Source: Octopus vulgaris
Taxonomy: Eukaryota
Assembly (NCBI GenBank): GCA_951406725.2
Contig: OX597823.1
Location: 76,818,001 to 76,882,000 of the forward strand
Length of the DNA: 64,000 bases
Direction of reading: 5' to 3'
Positions 25,291 to 38,393 of the stretch are shown here, piece after piece; the stretch's first letter is position 1, and every line of letters starts with the position of its first letter. The translations under genes were made by a program, and so were the position numbers. The notes under the pieces are model-generated. The model made no database searches and was not told the DNA's origin. It was given only the letters and a program-made list of their open reading frames with translations.

Positions 25291-25518
25291 GGCGGTGAGC
25301 TGGCAGAAACGTTAGCGCGCGGGCAAAATGCTTAGCGGTATTTCGTCTGTCGTTACGTTCTGAGTTCAAATTCCGCCGAGGTCGACTTTGCCTTTCATCC
25401 TTTCGGGGCGATAAATAAAGTACCAGTTTCGCACTGGGGTCAATGTAATGAACTTAATTCCTTTGTCTGTCCTTGTTTGTCCCCTCTATGTTTAGCCCCT
25501 TGTGGGCAGTAAAGAAAT
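25291..25518 (+). mobile_element. SINE family 2 copy with 16-bp TSD
   Basis: TATATTAATGATAACA on both sides. Confidence 0.88.
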
Positions 25519-25749
25519 ATATATTAATGATAACATTCAACTCTATTGACTATACAGAGCGCATTTTTGCACTTCTGTCATTCTACAGAAATATTTGATA
25601 CTATATATATAGTTCTCATCGTGGAATTACTAATGCAAAATATAACACTTATTTAGTGAGGGTTGCACTTTCTACTCCAGCACGTCGTGCGCTCTAGAGA
25701 GACGCAGACACATATCTCCGCAATAAGATGCATTTATACGATATCGTCT

Positions 25750-27100
25750 GCTCCACCATAAACATATCAGCATCAACCGATATGAATTATACCAAAATAC
25801 TGATCGATAAAGTTGATAAAGTTGTGTGCAGAATGAGATGCAAAGCACTTCTGTTTGAAGGAGAGTTAGCCTCTACTGCTGCTGAGTATTATAATATAAA
25901 AGCGTACAGGTACTCACCTAGAGTTAATGACCTGGCCCCATTTGAAGATATGATCTCAATAGCATTAAATTTCGTAAGTACAGGAATAATTTACAAACTA
26001 AGCTCGCAAACGACTCACGCAAAATAAAATCCTCTACGCTTTTAACCGTATTCTCAGATAAAACTAATATCTTATATAAAGGCGATAAGGATAAAGATAA
26101 CTAGCTCTTAGTTGATAGTAAAACTAATAAATAGCAGAAAGTTAATAGTGATACCTATAATAAAATTAATGATGAAGACAAAAATATCGCCAGACCTTGA
26201 AGATAAGAGAGCTGAATGTCTAGCTAAATGTAATGATGAAGCGTAATCTTGCTGAAAGTCCATAAAAAACTTCAAAACAAAGGTAAAACAGGATCAGTTA
26301 GTAAAATGACTTATGTGGCGTAAATATACGTACAAAGAAAAACACTAACTAACCTACTGTTGTAAAATAGCACATAAACTGTGTTGGCTTGGTTTAATGA
26401 TATTTGAGAGAAAATAAGGCCAGTTTACAGTTTGACATAACATATTAAATTTTGTATTTATCAGTCACTAGACCCGCACTAAATAAAGCTTTAGGTTTCG
26501 TCTGTACGTTTAGCTCTACCAGCACTCAAGGAATCGATCTAATTACGCACACCTGGAAGACCCTCCTATTTAACCCTTTAGTGTTCGCATTATTCTACCA
26601 AAATGAATGTCTTTTCATCCACATTGTTTTGAACTAATCATGCATTATCTTGTAGTTATGAGATTTTGATGCGGTTGCTGTTAAATTTTAAAACGATATT
26701 GTAGGGTTGGTGTGAGAGACCAGATCTGGCCAGTTTGAACATAAAACAGGCAGAATACTTTTGGCTGGATATGGCTGGTTTAAATGCTAAAGGGTTAATA
26801 ATGAGTCTATAATGGTTAAAAATTATCAAACACTGAAGATGCATTGATGTTTCGATGGGTCGTACGACAGCGCTTATATCAGCGACTTCGTTGGATTATG
26901 TATCCTTCATACACTTAAGGAAAAATTCTCCAACTGCACCATTGGTTATTACTGCGTTGTATTGGTTATTACTTCCAGTTACACAGAGAAGTCACCATTT
27001 TTTCCATGCTGACCAACTCTGGCGAGCACAATTGTTAGATATTGTTTAATTTACCTAATATCCTGTGTGAAAACGATTGGTAAGATTTGCTGTAATGGAT
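25750..27100 (+). pseudogene. Penelope-like element ORF remnant (N-terminus and RT)
   Basis: Fragments YTKILIDKVDKVVCRMRCKALLF, KFRKYRNNLQTKLANDSRKIKSS..FSDKTNILYK and DVSMG/SYDSAYISDFVGL. Interrupted by a MITE. Confidence 0.75.
26574..26794. mobile_element. piggyBac-like MITE (221 bp)
   Basis: TTAA|CCCTTTAG...CTAAAGGG|TTAA. Confidence 0.8.
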
Positions 27101-27126
27101 CTATAATACCTCTCTGCTTTGGTTAA

Positions 27127-27525
27127 CCCCTTACCCAACAATTATTTTGAAAATAAATGTATTTTTTCAGACATATTTTTTATTGTTTTATTTTACTATG
27201 TTTTTGAATGGTGATTTCGAGGTATATTTCAAACCTTATTTATTATTCATAAAATGTGCCTTCCAACCGTTCGAGTATCTCCAGGTGACTAAATCATACT
27301 CGGTCTTCAATGCCTTACTCAAGCGAAAGGTGGCAGAAATCGTCCCTGCCAGACGTATAAAGTGAGCGAATATACTCGTATATGTCAAAAAAGAGTTTAT
27401 AATAGACAAAGGAACTCGTTTGCTGTCGATTTTGGCAAGTCTATCTTTTGACGAGTTAACTCGCCTGAGATAGAAAAAAACGATTTCGGTCAAAACGCAT
27501 ATATTCGTTTCTGCCGGGTAAGGGG
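27127..27525. mobile_element. piggyBac-like MITE (399 bp)
   Basis: TTAA|CCCCTTACCC...GGGTAAGGGG|TTAA. Confidence 0.8.
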
Positions 27526-28029
27526 TTAATATGCTCACTCTACCAACAAATATACATGTGCCTATATTTTTCAGACTTATGGATTCTTAGACGCCTATAC
27601 ATATATGTGTGTGTATATGTGCATGTGAGTATGCGTATGTGTGTGTATAGACAGACCCGCACACAGACAGGTAAGCAGGCAGACAGACAGACAGATAAAT
27701 AGAATAGAGAGAGAAAGGAGGTGGAACAGAAGAAATAATGAAGAATGTGAGTTAAGGAATATAATGGAGGACAATTAAAATAACATACAATAACTTAAAC
27801 CATACAAATTGAAACACAAGAAATTAAAAGAGAGAAATGCTGGAAGCAAACCTATCAATAATTAGAGAAAAGGAGCAAACAATATTCGTGTTGATATTGA
27901 CTGATAGAAACTAGTCTGCAGGTGATGGTGTGATGGACTTTTGTCTTTAAATGATGAGGATTCAGTTGTCTGATGAACTGAATTACTTTTACCTTGATTA
28001 ATACATAAATGGTTGAGCATTCCATAGAC

Positions 28030-28446
28030 ACATTACCCTTAATGCTACTTCAGGAATATAACCACAACATGTGCCCTTAATGCTACCTCAAGAATACAGT
28101 TTCCACATGTACCCTTAATGCTACCTCACGAATACAATCACTACATGTACCCTTAATGCTACCTCAGAAATATAACTTCTACATGTACCCGTAATGCTAC
28201 CTCAAGAATACAATCGCCACATGTTCCCTTAATGCTACCTCATGAATACAATCACCATATGTACCCTTAATGCTACTTCAAGAATACAGTCACCATATGT
28301 ACCCTTAAAGCTACTTCAACAATACAGCTTCCACATATACCTTTAATACTACATCATGGATACAATCACCACATGTACCCTTAATGCTACTTCAAGAATA
28401 TGGCTTCCACATGTACCCTTAATGCTACCTCGTGAATGCAGCTACC
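28030..28446. repeat. 38-bp minisatellite, 11 copies
   Basis: Unit ACATGTACCCTTAATGCTACCTCAAGAATACAATCACC. Confidence 0.92.
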
Positions 28447-29122
28447 AGACTGATTAGCATGGAACAGCTGCTTACTAACAAATTTTTATTCTGTCTTCCT
28501 GCTCCGCCTTACTTTTTTTTACCCTAACTGTATCATCGTCTCTGTTCCTCAGGTCACCCCCAACTGCAGTACCTCACTCTCTTCTCTCATATTTCATATT
28601 ATGCCTATCCTTTCCATTCATCTCTTCTTGATTCCATCTTGATAGTCCATTATTTTCATGCAGCTAGTCAAAGAGTACATCAACGATATCTGTCTCACTA
28701 GTCTAGGAGTGCAGAATCATGAGCACAGTTTCTTCTTCCAAACCAATAAAATATTTTAGCCAACTATTTCAGTAGTACAAGTTACTGAATTTTATTGGAG
28801 TAGGCATGTGATATATGGCACATAGTATCTATTTCACCGAAGCACAAGAAACATGGAACCAACTCATTGTACAAATACATTAAACACAAAATAAAAATCA
28901 TTGACCTTTAAGCTTCTAACTGAAGGAGTCTTTACACTGTTACATAACCTACTAGAAATAGCAGTCTTATATTTATATCAAACCTTCTCCTCTTAGGAAT
29001 CAAAGGAACATTGGATGATATTAATCTACATCGACCTTGTTAGGAAAAAGATGTGTTGGTCACAGTTGGAATGCATTTGATCATAAATCTACTTCATCAG
29101 ATACAACCTTGCATTAAATATA

Positions 29123-29353
29123 TATTTCTTTACTGCCCACAAGGGGCTAAACATAGAGGGGACAAACAAGGACAAACAAAGGGATTAAGTCGATTACATC
29201 GACCCCAGTGTGAAACTGTTACTTTATTTTATCGACCCCGAAAGGATGAAAGGCAAAGTCGACCTCGGCGGAATTTGAACTCAGAATGTAATGACAGACG
29301 AAATGCCGCTAAGCATTTCGCCCGGTGCGCTAACGTTTCTGCCAGCTCGCCGC
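29123..29353 (-). mobile_element. SINE family 2 copy with TSD
   Basis: CCTTGCATTAAATA repeated at both ends. Confidence 0.88.
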
Positions 29354-30545
29354 CTTGCATTAAATAATAGCAACAACAGCGACAACACTATGCATTCAAC
29401 CAATTCTAATTCGAAATGAGAACATATGATAATCAATGTATAAAGGTTCCTTATCATCTCACCATTTAGGCACTACTGAATATTCTGTTCATTGAATATA
29501 ACATTGGTATATTGGCACATCTATCACCATATTATACCTATGTTAATATTTTAACTCAGCACTTAATAATAACCTCAGCTATTGAAGAACTTATTGATTA
29601 TAAAGTATTCCTGCTGTTTATAGGAATGGTATGATAAATATCCTTGCATAATATGTCTGTTGTTGGACTACACAGCACTTGGCTTTATGAAATGCAGCAA
29701 TTCTATTAATGTTATTCCAAAGTGTCATACATGTATGAATAAATATGAAAATCACTTCAGTGGTAATTTTTAAACTTTGAAATGTTTTTATGTTTTATCA
29801 GAATGCTTAAGCTATGCATTGTTGTATGTATCGGCAATCTCTTTTGTCCCCTAATATATTTATATTAAATTACTTCTGAAATCTAATCCTTAATACTAAC
29901 AATATTTTTCTGCAGTAGAATTCTATTACTTTTCTATGACTCTGTCATGCAATTATATCACAGTTTCTAAACCATATGAAATGGCAACAAACTTATCTCA
30001 CTTAAAGATAAAATATTAATGTGATGCTCTTTCTAAGATATATTTACGATATATGACTTTCACAGATTGCCAGTGTTTGCAAAAAAACAACCATTGTTTG
30101 GATGATATTGTAGAAAGAAAGTATTTACAGATATTTTCGTTATTCCTTGTTAGTTTCTTAAATATATTGTTATCATCATAATCATCAGGCAAAGGCACCC
30201 TTACCAACAATCTACGTTGTTTTTACTGTTCTGCCATGTTATGTAGAATGGCAAAACTTGTATGAAATGAATTATTCATACATTTAAGATTGAAATATAA
30301 CAATACTAGAATGAATTTTGATCTGATGCTAATGTATGCCCTTATGGAAGTATGAAAATATACAGACTATTGTGAACATCTATACTAGTTTAGAATACAA
30401 AATACACTGTATGTATAATAGTAGAATGGATATATTTACAGCACAATATTTAGGTAACCTGCCACAAATGAATTTTGATGTGTGGAAATGTTCACCAATT
30501 TTAGTATATTTAGTATATTTATCCTACTGGTATGAAATCTCTCAA

Positions 30546-30779
30546 GGCAGCGAGCTTGTAGAAACGTTAGCATGGCGGACGACGAAGTGTTTAGCGGTAT
30601 TTCGTCTGCCGCTACGTTCTGAGTTCAAATTCTGCTGAGGTCGACTTTGCCTTTCATCCTTTCGAGGGTCATTAAATAAGTACCAGTTACACACTGGGAT
30701 CGATATAATCGACTTAATCCGTTTGTCTGTCCTTGTTTGTCCCCTCTGTGTGTAGCCCCTTGTGGGCAGTAAAGAAATA
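30546..30779 (+). mobile_element. SINE family 2 copy with TSD
   Basis: GGTATGAAAT(C/A)TCTCA on both sides. Confidence 0.88.
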
Positions 30780-32154
30780 GGTATGAAATATCTCACCAAC
30801 ATTCCTCAACATCTGGCAGATATGTTCTGTATCCTTTCTCAACACTTTCTACTGCTTCCTTGGTACTGCCTGGTCTCTTACTGCTTCCGCTAAGACTCTC
30901 CATATTCATTCATTTCTCTGTTCCTTTCATCTACTCATAGTATTTTTTCCCACCCACAAAATCCTGGACTAACTACTAGCTCTGGTTCTTCTTCCTGAAA
31001 TTCCTTCTTAGCACATGTTTTACTTACAAATATCGATTGTTCAAGAAAATCCTTAATAACATTGATTTCACCAATCCCAAAGGGTTTATAAACAACATAG
31101 CTTCATCTCCTTCCTCCAAATGCCCTTCACTTCAAATAAAATTAAAGACAAAATTTCTTTATGACAAACACTTTGAAGTGAAGTCTAAATTTCAACCCTT
31201 ATTAAGTAGTATCTATGTAATAGTTGCTTCTCTTATGTTTTCCTCACTTTAATTTATGGCTGAAGGGTTATTGGTAAAAAGATAAAAACATTCAACATAT
31301 AATCCATACACAATATCATGTTAGCAGAAACTTTCTGCCATCGTAACATCAACTGCAAAAAACACAGAGTACTGATATATTCAGCCAATGCCTAGAGAGT
31401 CTTTTCTGCATTTTTAATAAGCATGTATGCTCATATTTTCAGAATTCTAATACATTATAACAATACCCAGCTGTTTTTCTTTCTTCCTGCTGTCATTCAA
31501 GTAGGCAAAGTTTGCTTTTGTTGTTTTGTTTTTTTTAATTTCGAAAGTTTCTCTGAGCTGAATTTATTATTAATTATGGTTCTGCTGTAATAATTAAAAA
31601 ATATTCTGCCATAATTTGTTATAATTCCTCTTTGTTGGAAAATATATTGAATTAGTTTTAAGAATAGCTGATTTCTTAACTGCAACAATTTTTCTTTAAT
31701 AATGCTTGTCTAGTATAAGAATTTCAGACATATTTGTGAGTGTTGCTGATATATTTTTCTCCCTTAAGGAAACATTATTTCTTATTTTAAAATTTAAGCT
31801 GACACTTGGGAGTTTCTACTTTGTTTTCAGAAATTTGAAAGCTGTCACTGATTAAAGTAAATATATTGTCCACTTATAGTTATCATTCTAATGGTCAGTT
31901 CAGACAATCTGACAGAAATTAGCTTGACACAGTCAGGTTTGAAGTTTATGTAAGCTACAAACAATTTGATGACGTGATTGTGAGCACAATGATTAGACAA
32001 GGAACCATTCAGACAGCTTCCAGTATTTTCCACTCTCTAAAATGTTGATAAGGGTGCCTGGAGGATCCTTCAACTTGCCATTTAGTTTGTTAAACTAGAC
32101 TATGCCTAAGAACGAGAACAGAGTGAATGGCTGGATAAATAGCTGAGTAGCAAT

Positions 32155-32373
32155 AGGCAGAATCGTTAGGATGCCAAGCGAAATTCTTAGCGGTATTTCG
32201 TCTGCCACTACGTTCTGAGTTCAAATTCCGCCGAGGTCGACTTAGCCTTTCATACTTTAGGGATCGATTAAATAATTACCAGTTACTCACTGGGGTCGAT
32301 GTAATCGACTTAATCCCTCTGTTTGTCCCCTCTATGTTTAGCCTCTTGTGGGCAATAAAGAAAAAGAAATAAG
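32155..32373 (+). mobile_element. SINE family 2 copy
   Basis: Head, core and AAGAAAT tail. Confidence 0.82.
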
Positions 32374-33198
32374 AATTATGAACAGCATAAGCAAAATGTT
32401 TATGAGGCCAAGTAGTGAACTACCAGTTCATTATTCTTAAGCTCAAGTTCATGCCAAACATTTAGTTGTATCTCTCTGCAGTACAATTCATGCCATTGGC
32501 CTTACTTCAATATATAACAATAACCCCATAGCAAAACAGAGATATTTTCCACTTATCATATGATTGTTATAAGACAGAAACTAAACGTAAGTCTTTCAAT
32601 GTTAGACTTGGGAAAGTTGATAATTAGCATAATCTAACGGAATTTGGAGAATAATATTCAGAGAGTACACTGAATGTAACCTTGTCCAGAAAATAGCCAC
32701 CTGGTATGATAGACTGAATAAAAGAACAGATTTGAAAACAAATACCATTTCCCATTTCAAGAGACTTTTACAGAACGAAGGGTAACCGATTGTGAAATAT
32801 TAGCAGTCTAATAAATTCAAGAATACTTCAGACAATGCATGGAAAATCTTTAATCAGTGACAGCTTCAAAAAGTCAATAAAATTATAAGAAAAGAAGAAT
32901 TTGTAGCATACAAATAAGTATTCTGTGTTTAACTATATATGATTATCTATTGTCTGTATCGGATTCTTGGCAAAATTAACAATTACATTCTGCATTAAAT
33001 TGGTAGGTTTGGAAGGCCAAACACAGCTAAAAATGTTCTATTCTTTTAATGATGGTTTAAAATGTCATGTTAAGAATAGCTTGTTGGCAACTCCAACATG
33101 TGTATACATACAGACACATAAATATATATATATTGATGGATGCATGCATATATATATATATATTGATGAATGCATACATATAAACATATATATATATG

Positions 33199-33280
<82 letters not shown>

Positions 33281-33559
33281 CATATATGTGAATATATGTA
33301 TGTATATGTATATATATATATATATGTATAAACATATTCTTTCTCACACACATTTATCCTACATTGTAATTACTCGTGTAAAATGAGAAAAATCTAATGC
33401 AAAGCAACAAGGTCAGAATTGGGGTAGCATTATAACTTAAACGTAAAAAAGAAAATAGTATAAAATATATTATTGATCTTACGTAGAAAAACGTATTGTA
33501 CTCACGTAAACATGGAGTATGTGTGAGCTTGTGTGTGTGTGCGCGCGCGTGTGGTGGAG

Positions 33560-33900
33560 AAATGTCTTTCACTGAAAAGCTATGATCTCAACATTGTTAC
33601 TGTCAGCTACTTTCACTTTCTAAGACTGGAATATGGACGTGAGTGATGTGCTGTTTATGTTTCTTATTTTTTTCTTCTTTACTAGTTTTATATCTCTATG
33701 GTTGGAGAAGGTTGTGGGCTTTGGTCGATCCGTTTGGATTGAAATCTGCTGAACTATTTCATTAGTAGAACAGAGTTCGCCTTTGATCTTGAAGTTACGT
33801 TGGAAAATCTGTCTGATTTAGAAAATGATAAGTAGGTTTTATAATGGGGAAAATTGTTTCAGCTTAGCATTGAGTAGCAGGGTAAAGTGATTTGATTGGT
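33560..33900 (-). pseudogene. Possible PLE GIY-YIG endonuclease remnant
   Basis: KGELCSTNEIVQQ and KHSTSLTSIFQ resemble PLE motifs CPL.GKC....IVYQ and KNSTELSKYIW. Confidence 0.35.
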
Positions 33901-34281
33901 TTTAAGATCAATGAATCATTTTGTTTTATTTTTTTCATAGTTAGTCCGCTCCTCACAACATATTGGTGAAAGATGACAGTAGAGAACAGTTGTTCGGCAG
34001 CAGACACACAGAGTAAGATTGAACTCAGAACCATCTAGTGAAAAAATAGATCTGTTAACTGCATCCATGTATGACAAATACGTCAATTTCCTTAACATTT
34101 TGCTAATATCGTTTTGGTTCTGCACATTTGTCCTCCAAAACAAATTGCCTTTTAGGGAACAATAATGTTTGTTTGTATATATATTCCTATTATTTTACTA
34201 GTTTCAGTCACAGAACGGCAATAATGTTGGGTCTCTGTCTTCAAAAAGTTTAGTCAATTATATAATAACACCCATAATTTG

Positions 34282-34329
<48 letters not shown>

Positions 34330-34333
<4 letters not shown>

Positions 34334-34510
34334 CCATGATAGATCGGTAGCCACTACACACATTTTTTCTCTCCTTGTTTGTTTTTTTCTTGTCCCTTTC
34401 TGTAGGCTCGAAATGTAAAAGACTTTTCCCATTCCTGAGCGTTATACTAATACATCTGTTTGTTTTGTACACCATCTGTCTTCGTCTTTTGTTTTTTTCG
34501 TGAACTCTCC
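34330..34510 (+). mobile_element. Second copy of the 1674-1825 pLTR-like fragment, between (TA)n tracts
   Basis: Clear homology; hammerhead core partly deleted (CTGTAGGCTCGAAATGTAAAAG). Confidence 0.6.
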
Positions 34511-34529
34511 CCTTATATATATATAAATG

Positions 34530-34570
<41 letters not shown>

Positions 34571-34702
34571 GTGTGAGAGTGTGTGTGTGTGTGAGTATGT
34601 ACGTATTTACGTACGCGCATATGCATGCATGTATGTATGTATGTATGGATGGATGTATGTATGTATGTATGCATGTATGTATGTTTGAGTGTGTGAAGGA
34701 GC

Positions 34703-34860
34703 ATGTAACCTAGTAGTTAGGGTATTGGACTAAGAATGTGGTTTCAATTTCTGGATCAGGAGATTTGTTGTGTTCTTGTTTATTTGTTGTGTTCCTGATC
34801 AAAACACTTTATTTCACACTGCTCCTGTCCAGTCAGCTGACAAAAACGAAAACACCAAGT
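34703..34860 (+). mobile_element. Decayed tRNA-derived SINE (family 3 type)
   Basis: Resembles 59273-59500 (TTGTGTTC..AAAACACTT.ATTTCAC..TGCTCC.GTCCA.TCAGCTG). Confidence 0.55.
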
Positions 34861-34869
34861 GCTGAGAGC

Positions 34870-35095
34870 CATTGCCGAGCGGCATCATGTGACAACGTCC
34901 ACTATGAGGAATATAGCGTTGGAAGATATCAGATACAAGCCATACGATCATACATGATGAGGTGAGAGCAGATTCTGGTCTCCAAAACGCGAGATAACAA
35001 TTAGACCTTGCAAAAACTTCCAACCTTGTCTGATTTCCTATCTCTCGTGAATTAAATCCATTAGACGGATACAGCTTGTAAGCTGTCATATAAAA
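34870..35095 (+). pseudogene. Decayed Tc1/mariner-superfamily (maT-like) transposase fragment
   Basis: LEDIRYKPY and *FPISRELNPLDGYSL resemble VHEDIRYKSY and WPPSSPDLNPLDY. Confidence 0.45.
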
Positions 35096-35521
35096 AAACA
35101 TGGCTGGCGTTACGGGAAAGAAGTCTCGATGGGATTCAGCGTCAGTGTGTAATGATCGGTATGGGTTGAAGCTACTTGAACTTCTGTGTAGGAACAGCAG
35201 TGGTATCTAGGGTGATGAGAGCAATTTTCTTGATTGGCCTTTTTTAATTATTGATCTATTTAGCTAAATGTGTTCTGGGATTATGTTCCTTTCTCTCGTT
35301 AGTATGTTTCTTTTTACTTGCATCTTGTTTTATTGCGGTTGCTAGCTTTCCCTATATCATATGTATGTATGTATATGCATGTATGTATGTGTATATATAT
35401 ATATAAACACTCACGCATATACACAAGTACACACACACATATATATATATACATATATATATACATATATATATACATATATACAGATATATATATATAT
35501 ATACATACACATATATATGTA

Positions 35522-35570
<49 letters not shown>

Positions 35571-36202
35571 ATACAAATGTGTGCCTGTTCATCCTATTTT
35601 TCAATTATCCTGGTGAAATGACAATTAAGAAATATATAAAGCAACGTTAAAACAAGGAGAGAAAGAAAGAAGGGAGGAAGGAAAAACACAAATAACATTT
35701 TATACAAACACTGAAATAGGCAAAAATTAGACAAGATCGAGAAAATAGGAAAAAAGACAACAAAAACATTCCAACAAAACACAAACAAAAGATATTTACA
35801 TAATTCTAAAATTAGTTTAAAATGAATGAAAAACAAAGAAATTTTTAAAATTTGCTATTTTCACCAAAATACTTCAAAATTAATGAGAATTAAAAACAAA
35901 GACAATGAAAAAAAAATATAGTCATTTGGTGGGTAAACTAGATTTTAGTAAATAAGACACGCGCCTGGGACCACTTTTATGATATATTCACGGAGTTGCT
36001 AAGGAATATAGAATTAAAAATAGGAAAAGACTTGTAATGTATCAGGCAGAAATAGGTTTGTATTGATGACACAGGTATATACATCTAAAATAAACAAAGA
36101 AAATCACTAAATAAGAGCAGGTGTGATTGTGATAAGAAGCTTATATCCCGACCACATGGTTCTGAATTCAGCCCAACTATGTGGCACCTTCGGGAAGAGA
36201 GA

Positions 36203-36738
36203 GCCAATCGATTAGATCGAACCCAGTAAGCAACTGGTACTTAATTTATCGACCCCAAAAGAATGAAAGGCGAAGTCGACTTTGGCGGAATTTGAACTCA
36301 GAACGTAAAGACAGACGAAATACCTATTTCTTTACTACCCACAAGGGGCTAAACACAGAGAGGACAAACAATGACAGAAAAAGGGATTAAGTCGATTACA
36401 TCGACCCCAGTGCGTAACTGGTACTTAATTTATCGACCCCGAAAGGATGAAAGGCAAAGTTGACCTCGGCGGAATTTGAACTCAGAATGTAATGGCAGAC
36501 GATATACCTATTTCTTTATTACCCACAAGGGGCTAAACACAGAGAGGACAAACAATGACAGACAAAGGGATTAAGTCGATTACATCGACCCCAGTGCGTA
36601 ACTGGTACTTAATTTATCGACCCCGGAAGGATGAAAGGCAAAGTCGACCTCGGCGGAATTTGAACTCAGAATGTAACGGTAGACGAAATACCGCTAAGCA
36701 TTTCGCCCGGTGTGCTAACATTTCTGCCAGCTCACTGT
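36203..36738 (-). mobile_element. SINE family 2 trimer
   Basis: Three cores; junctions AAAGAAATA|GGTAT at ~36325 and ~36510. Confidence 0.85.
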
Positions 36739-37137
36739 CTTACATGCAATATAACATTATTTGGGAAAACATTTACATATATACATATAAACAGGAAAAG
36801 CATTATGATTAAAAAAGCATAAACGTACATGGGAAACCGATTCAAGTCATTGATGGGGTGAAGCCTGTCCCAGAGTTGAAAGAAAACAATTTTTTTACAT
36901 ATGTATAAAGATAGGCACGTGAAGAGCTTATATGAAAAGAAGTAGAAATGTCATAAAAAGAAGTCGAAAAAAGGAAAATATATGCACAAGGAATAAAGAT
37001 AGAATGCCAGATATAGGATCCAAGACAATGAGAGAAAGAGAAAAAAGGAGAGAAAATAGAATAGAACGCAAACAGAAAGAGATAATGGGAAAATGTTTAT
37101 GAGGATTAATAAACACTTTTCTATATAATGAGCTTCG

Positions 37138-37213
<76 letters not shown>

Positions 37214-37370
37214 GGGGGGGGGAGAAGAAGAAGAAGCGAAAATGCACATTGGAAATTAAAAAATGTAAAGGCTTTTTATGAAAAGTAACGATAGATATAT
37301 ACAATTAGATGAACTGAGGTAGGAATAAAAGTAATAAAACTCATTATTATGAATTGTTAAAGAGATTCAA

Positions 37371-37408
37371 AAGCTCACCGGTTTCGTAAAATTACTAATC
37401 ATTGCTTT
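37371..37408 (-). ncRNA. Decayed hammerhead-like motif
   Basis: Minus: aaagc-AATGATTA-gtaa-tt-ttac-GAAA-CCGG-TG-agctt. Confidence 0.4.
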
Positions 37409-38180
37409 GAATGCACACCGATTACTGAACGATGTTAGGTCTACTAGTCCCCGAGTAAAAAGATTATGTTTAAGGGAGGTAAGTAGTTCTAGATTTGGTG
37501 CAATTAGGGTAGATATAGATCTGTAATGTGAATGGTGTATGGGATGTATGGGGGGTAGTGGTTTTAATTTAAAAGGTTAGTAGTGTTCTGTATTATGTTA
37601 TGTGTTCATATTGAGGTATCGGATCGACTCCAGTACATTTGTTTTAAAGCCTGATACTTGTTCTATCTGTCAACATCACCTTTGGCTCTCTCCCACTCTC
37701 CATCTATTTACACACACAAACACACACGTTGCTAAATGTATCACATCTCCTCGCTTCTTTCTCCTCTCTCTTTCTTTCTCCGTTGTCTTCGGTTTGTTAA
37801 TTACAAATGGTCAATCTGGCTGAGATCCTGATGTCGAAAAGTATTTATTGATCCTCATAAATACTTTTGATTTCTCTTTCTCTTTCCATTCTATTTCCTC
37901 TCTTTTCTTTTCCTCTTTCTCTCGTTGTCTTGGGTCCAGCTTCTGCCATTTTATCTCAATTCCTAGGACATTATTATTCTGTTCATTTCCGTGTTATTTA
38001 TATTACTTCTACCTCTTTTCATAAAGGTTCTTCATATACCTATCTTTATATACATTTTAAAATTATCTTATTCTAATACTTTCAGGGGCTTCTAACCTTC
38101 AAACTTCTGAATTCATTTCCTATATACGCTAATGCTCTCTCGGTAAATATTTCCCAAATGAAATTACACATCATACTTGA

Positions 38181-38261
38181 AGCTCCGACGAAGCTACAGG
38201 GTGACATTCAAGCATTCACCTGTGTGTGCATTACACCTTATAACAGAAACATCTGTTAGCT
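38181..38261 (+). ncRNA. Decayed hammerhead-like motif, long helix II
   Basis: agct-CCGACGA-...-GAAA-CATCTG-TT-agct. Confidence 0.4.
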
Positions 38262-38393
38262 AATGAAATTCATAACATTTTTTAATATTTCTTAGTTATT
38301 CTAATTTCTTATTGCCGATCTATACTCCACTTACACTTCGATCTGAAGCTTATGTATATTGAGTTTTAACACCAGGTTGTTAGTGTTGCTCGT

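Noticed and set aside
27930-27985. Box C/D snoRNA-like ATGATGA...CTGA
   Set aside because: Boxes too close together, no terminal stem, no recognisable guide.
28030-28446. CRISPR-like array
   Set aside because: Variable part is only ~8 nt and related between units; no cas genes; eukaryotic context; derived from a SINE.
30016-30260. FAILHNMA..PLPDDYDD resembling a Harbinger transposase C-terminus
   Set aside because: Too short, with no upstream DDE motifs or TIRs found.
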